Assembly (NCBI GenBank): GCA_039794845.1
Contig: JAUQVK010000048.1
Location: 19,018 to 37,850 of the forward strand
Length of the DNA stretch: 18,833 nt
Direction of reading: 5' to 3'
Origin: Thermostichus sp. DRC_bins_24
Lineage (GTDB): Bacteria > Cyanobacteriota > Cyanobacteriia > Thermostichales > Thermostichaceae
In this document: piece after piece, positions 16,068 to 18,833 of the stretch
Numbering within the stretch: the stretch's first letter is position 1
How the letters are laid out: each line of letters begins with the position of its first letter
Notes under the pieces: generated by a model
Databases searched by the model: none
What the model saw: the letters and a program-made list of their open reading frames with translations, nothing else
What the model was told of the DNA's origin: nothing
Made by a program: the position numbers and the translations under genes

Positions 16068-17387
16068 ATGCGCCTGATCAACCCTTTGAATTGGCCTTAC
16101 AAGGTCGTGAGCCGAATCCCTCTTTTGGCGTTGCTCAGCTTATTGGTTTTGGGATCCCGTTCTGTCGCGCAATCACCGGAAACCCCGGTGCGGATCCCCT
16201 TTGAGCCGACAGTAACCTACGGGGAAGGGTATGGAGAAGAGGCCGTGGCAAAACAAGCCCAGACCCGTTTTGATCTGAAATTGTTTGACCAGTTGCTCCA
16301 GCAGCACCCGGAAGAGAACCTCTTTTTCTCTCCTCTGAGCATTCGTCTGGCTCTGAGTATGGTCTACAACGGTGCCTCTGGAGAGACCCAAGCCGCCATA
16401 GCCGAAGTTCTGGAAGCAGAAGAGTTGTCCATCACCGAGTTGAACTGGACCAACGCCCAATGGATGCGCCATCTGGTAGAACGTTCCCACCCTTCTCCGG
16501 GAGCTGATGATGAGCAGGCCAAAGTGCAGGTGCAAATTGCCAATGGTCTCTGGGTAGATCAAGCAGTCACCTTGCGACCTCAGTTTTTGCAGGCATTGGC
16601 CAGCTATTACCAAGCGGTGGTGAATCGGGTGGATTTCGGATCCCGGCAGACCGTAGAAGACATCAACACCTGGGTGGAGGATCGCACCCAAGGCAAGATC
16701 GACCGCATTGTGGATCGCCTCAGCCGCGATGATTTGATGGTGCTGTTGAATGCCATTTATTTCAAAGGGGACTGGACTCAGCCGTTTGATCCTGCTCGTA
16801 CCGAGATGCGTCCTTTTACCCGCCTAGACGGCAGCCAAGTGCAGGTGCCTTTGATGGCGCAATCGGGCCGCTACGGCTACCTAGAGACCGATCAAGTTCA
16901 GGTGGTGCGTCTGCCCTATGGCCAAGGGGAAATGGAGATGCTGGTCTTGTTGCCGAAAGAAGGGGTAGATCTAGAGACCCTCAGAGCAGACCTCAACCCA
17001 GAAACCTGGCAAGAGTGGACGGGATCCCTGCAGGTGCGGGCGGGTTCGGTACGGATCCCGAAATTCAACCTGGCTTATGAGACCGATTTGATCCCGGTTT
17101 TAGACCAGTTGGGCATGGGAATCGCCTTTTCTGACCGGGCCGACTTCAGCCAAATGACTTCTGAACCGGCTCAGGCTCAGATCAGCCAGGTGCTCCACAA
17201 AGCGGTAATCGAAGTCAACGAAGAGGGATCCGAAGCAGCGGCAGTCACCGGGGTAATCATCTCCCGCACGGCCATCGATCGGGAGGAGCCGTTCCAATTG
17301 GTGGCGGATCGCCCCTTCTGGTTTGCCATTCGGGATACGGAAACGGGGACGGTGCTGTTTATGGGATCGGTGGTGGATCCCCAGTGA
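16068..17387 (+). CDS. Secreted serpin (serine protease inhibitor family)
   Basis: Signal peptide; NLFFSPLSI, INTWVEDRTQGKI, LLNAIYFKGDW, hinge EEGSEAAAVT, C-terminal ADRPFWFAIRD...VLFMGSVVDP. Confidence 0.95.
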   Translation: MRLINPLNWPYKVVSRIPLLALLSLLVLGSRSVAQSPETPVRIPFEPTVTYGEGYGEEAVAKQAQTRFDLKLFDQLLQQHPEENLFFSPLSIRLALSMVYNGASGETQAAIAEVLEAEELSITELNWTNAQWMRHLVERSHPSPGADDEQAKVQVQIANGLWVDQAVTLRPQFLQALASYYQAVVNRVDFGSRQTVEDINTWVEDRTQGKIDRIVDRLSRDDLMVLLNAIYFKGDWTQPFDPARTEMRPFTRLDGSQVQVPLMAQSGRYGYLETDQVQVVRLPYGQGEMEMLVLLPKEGVDLETLRADLNPETWQEWTGSLQVRAGSVRIPKFNLAYETDLIPVLDQLGMGIAFSDRADFSQMTSEPAQAQISQVLHKAVIEVNEEGSEAAAVTGVIISRTAIDREEPFQLVADRPFWFAIRDTETGTVLFMGSVVDPQ

Positions 17388-17438
17388 AGCTTGCCAAATT
17401 GAAGCCGGTGCCTGGATCTCTGCGAGCTGGGCTCTCAA

Positions 17439-17532
17439 TACAGCCCTTGCGTGGGTGGGTTTTCTACGGCAGGGCTTGTGCTTCCTTCCTATGACTAGCA
17501 GTGCCCTATGGTGGGCGAACCAAAGGGCTGTA
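17439..17532 (-). mobile_element. Complete short MITE-like element copy (94 bp), inverted orientation
   Basis: Perfect 10-bp terminal inverted repeat TACAGCCCTT/AAGGGCTGTA. Minus strand reads TACAGCCCTTT-[22 nt]-GCTAGTCATAGGAAGGAAGCACAAGCCCTGCCGTAGAAAACCCACCCACGCAAGGGCTGTA. Confidence 0.7.
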
Positions 17533-17648
17533 CGGCTGTACCACCTTGCTTGCAGAGCTTGTCTCCACCTTGCTCCAGTCTGCCCGAGAAAAAGGCAGTG
17601 AACGGGCCCGCCGCTTTTTGGGATCCCAAGGGAATTCACAAAAGTGAC

Positions 17649-18461
17649 CTACTGGGGATCCCCAACAGGGCGAGAAATGGGTGCCAGATAAATCAGCAAA
17701 GCTCCCCCTACAAAGCCCATGACGTTTCGCAGCAACGGGATCCAATCCGTGGTACGGGTGACCACCGGGCCAATGCCAAACGCACCAAACAGAATGAACC
17801 AGAGCGGAGAAATCAACAGAGCCCAGCGCCAGTTAAAGAGTTCGTCGGCATGACGGGGTTTACCGGCAAACCCGAAGACAAAGCCCCCCAAAACGGAGGT
17901 GATCAAGGTTAAGATCCACTGCTCTTGGGGCAACCCCGGCACCACTCGACACCCACCCCGGTGAAAGCAACGATCCAGGGTATTTACAGTTTCCATGATG
18001 GCCCGATGGCTGCCATGTTCACGCACGTAAAACTGGTTGCCGAAACGGGACTGCAACTCGATCCAAAAGGTACGCGGCAAAACCTCCCGTACCGCATCCC
18101 CTACATTAAAGGCCAATAGGTTCCCCCCTCGTGGATCGGCCACCATCAGCACGCTGCGCTCATTTAAGCCCCAATAATCTTTCACCTGGCGACCCGGCGT
18201 TTGGTCAAACTGGGTGAGCACCCGCAGTTTCCAGCCGGTGTCGTGTTCCAGCTTCGTGAGTTGTTGCGCCAGTTGAGCTTCCTGATTGCTGGTGAGTTGA
18301 TCCGCCAAATCCAAAACAGGCTGAGCAGGCTGAGGCAAGTCCATTTGCACCACGGGCAAAGCAGGTTGGGCCCAAGTCAGGGATCCCCCACCTACCCAAA
18401 TCAGCACCCCCAGACACAGACCTACCCCGATGCGGAGTACCCGTTGCCACTCTGTGCTCAT
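17649..18461 (-). CDS. TPM-domain thylakoid membrane/lumen protein (TLP15-like)
   Basis: Signal peptide; PVLDLA..LT..QE..L...L..LE..TGWKLRVLTQFDQTPG, LVADPRGGNLLAFNVGD-like segment, RTFWIELQSRFGNQFYVRE, GC.VVPGLP.EQWILTL; C-terminal TM helices. Confidence 0.88.
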   Translation of the reverse strand: MSTEWQRVLRIGVGLCLGVLIWVGGGSLTWAQPALPVVQMDLPQPAQPVLDLADQLTSNQEAQLAQQLTKLEHDTGWKLRVLTQFDQTPGRQVKDYWGLNERSVLMVADPRGGNLLAFNVGDAVREVLPRTFWIELQSRFGNQFYVREHGSHRAIMETVNTLDRCFHRGGCRVVPGLPQEQWILTLITSVLGGFVFGFAGKPRHADELFNWRWALLISPLWFILFGAFGIGPVVTRTTDWIPLLRNVMGFVGGALLIYLAPISRPVGDPQ

Positions 18462-18661
18462 GGTTCATCCTCCCCCGAAAGCCTTTCCCATGCGTAAATA
18501 CTGAGGACTAATGTTAAGAAGTGTTTCAAGTTCTTATAAATCTATCATGCACCGGAACAAATCGTTTGACCAGAGGGATCCCGACTTTCCAGGGTCGGCA
18601 GGAGACCGGTATTCAGCTTGTTGACCAACTGTTCTCGCTCAGACGAACTGGCTGTTGGCAT

Positions 18662-18716
18662 TACAGCCTTTGCGCGGGTTCTCTGTAACAGGACCTACGT
18701 TATAAGTATTACCCGG
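18662..18716 (-). mobile_element. Right-end portion of the MITE-like family
   Basis: Minus strand CCGGGTAAT...AACGTAGGTCCTGTTACAGAGAACCCGCGCAAAGGCTGTA aligns with the right ends terminating at 206, 10852 and 11083. Confidence 0.55.
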
Positions 18717-18833
18717 CATACCTACGCAATTCCGCGGCGGGTTCCGGCTTCTGTGGGAGTGCCGACGGGGGTGTAGGCCCACCTCGCTAGAATGAGAGAA
18801 CCGACTGTCTACACCAGCGATGACAGATCCCAG

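Larger units (their letters stand above)
1689..18582. repeat. Highly iterated palindrome GGGATCCC dispersed through the window
   Basis: About 25 copies counted by eye (e.g. 1689, 4483, 4780, 5045, 5184, 5478, 7713, 9121, 12921, 14173, 17021, 17621, 18575), in both coding and intergenic DNA. Confidence 0.9.

Noticed and set aside
17100..17912. ORFs 17100-17639 (-) and 17508-17912 (+)
   Set aside because: Overlap the serpin or TPM genes in antisense and cross a repeat copy; no coding signal.
18511..18532. HLR1/RpaB-like direct repeat (GTTAAGAA-GT-GTTTCAAG) upstream of the TPM gene
   Set aside because: Too many mismatches to support from sequence alone.

Overview
Window from a thermophilic cyanobacterium, inferred to be Thermostichus / Yellowstone Synechococcus JA-type from the very frequent GGGATCCC octamer and the cyanobacterial gene families. 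In order it encodes: a DUF11/IPT-TIG surface lipoprotein and a smaller paralogous lipoprotein; a long coiled-coil protein ending in an FtsZ-tail-like peptide; a Co/Ni ECF cluster (DUF4382-like, CbiL/NikL-like, cbiM, cbiQ, with no cbiO); a tandem SH3b protein; a class I/II aminotransferase; a small membrane protein; an OmpR-family regulator; an ABC ATPase; an Era-like GTPase; a DUF192 protein; a secreted serpin; and a TPM-domain protein. The most striking non-gene signal is a dispersed ~95-165 bp MITE-like family bounded by TACAGCCCTT...AAGGGCTGTA. It occurs six times (three complete, three partial), and a fixed site near its left end carries different short hairpin inserts in different copies. 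A structured intergenic region at ~13.28-13.42 kb is a candidate ncRNA. No CRISPR array, tRNA/rRNA or transposase gene was seen. All calls are by eye, without database searches.
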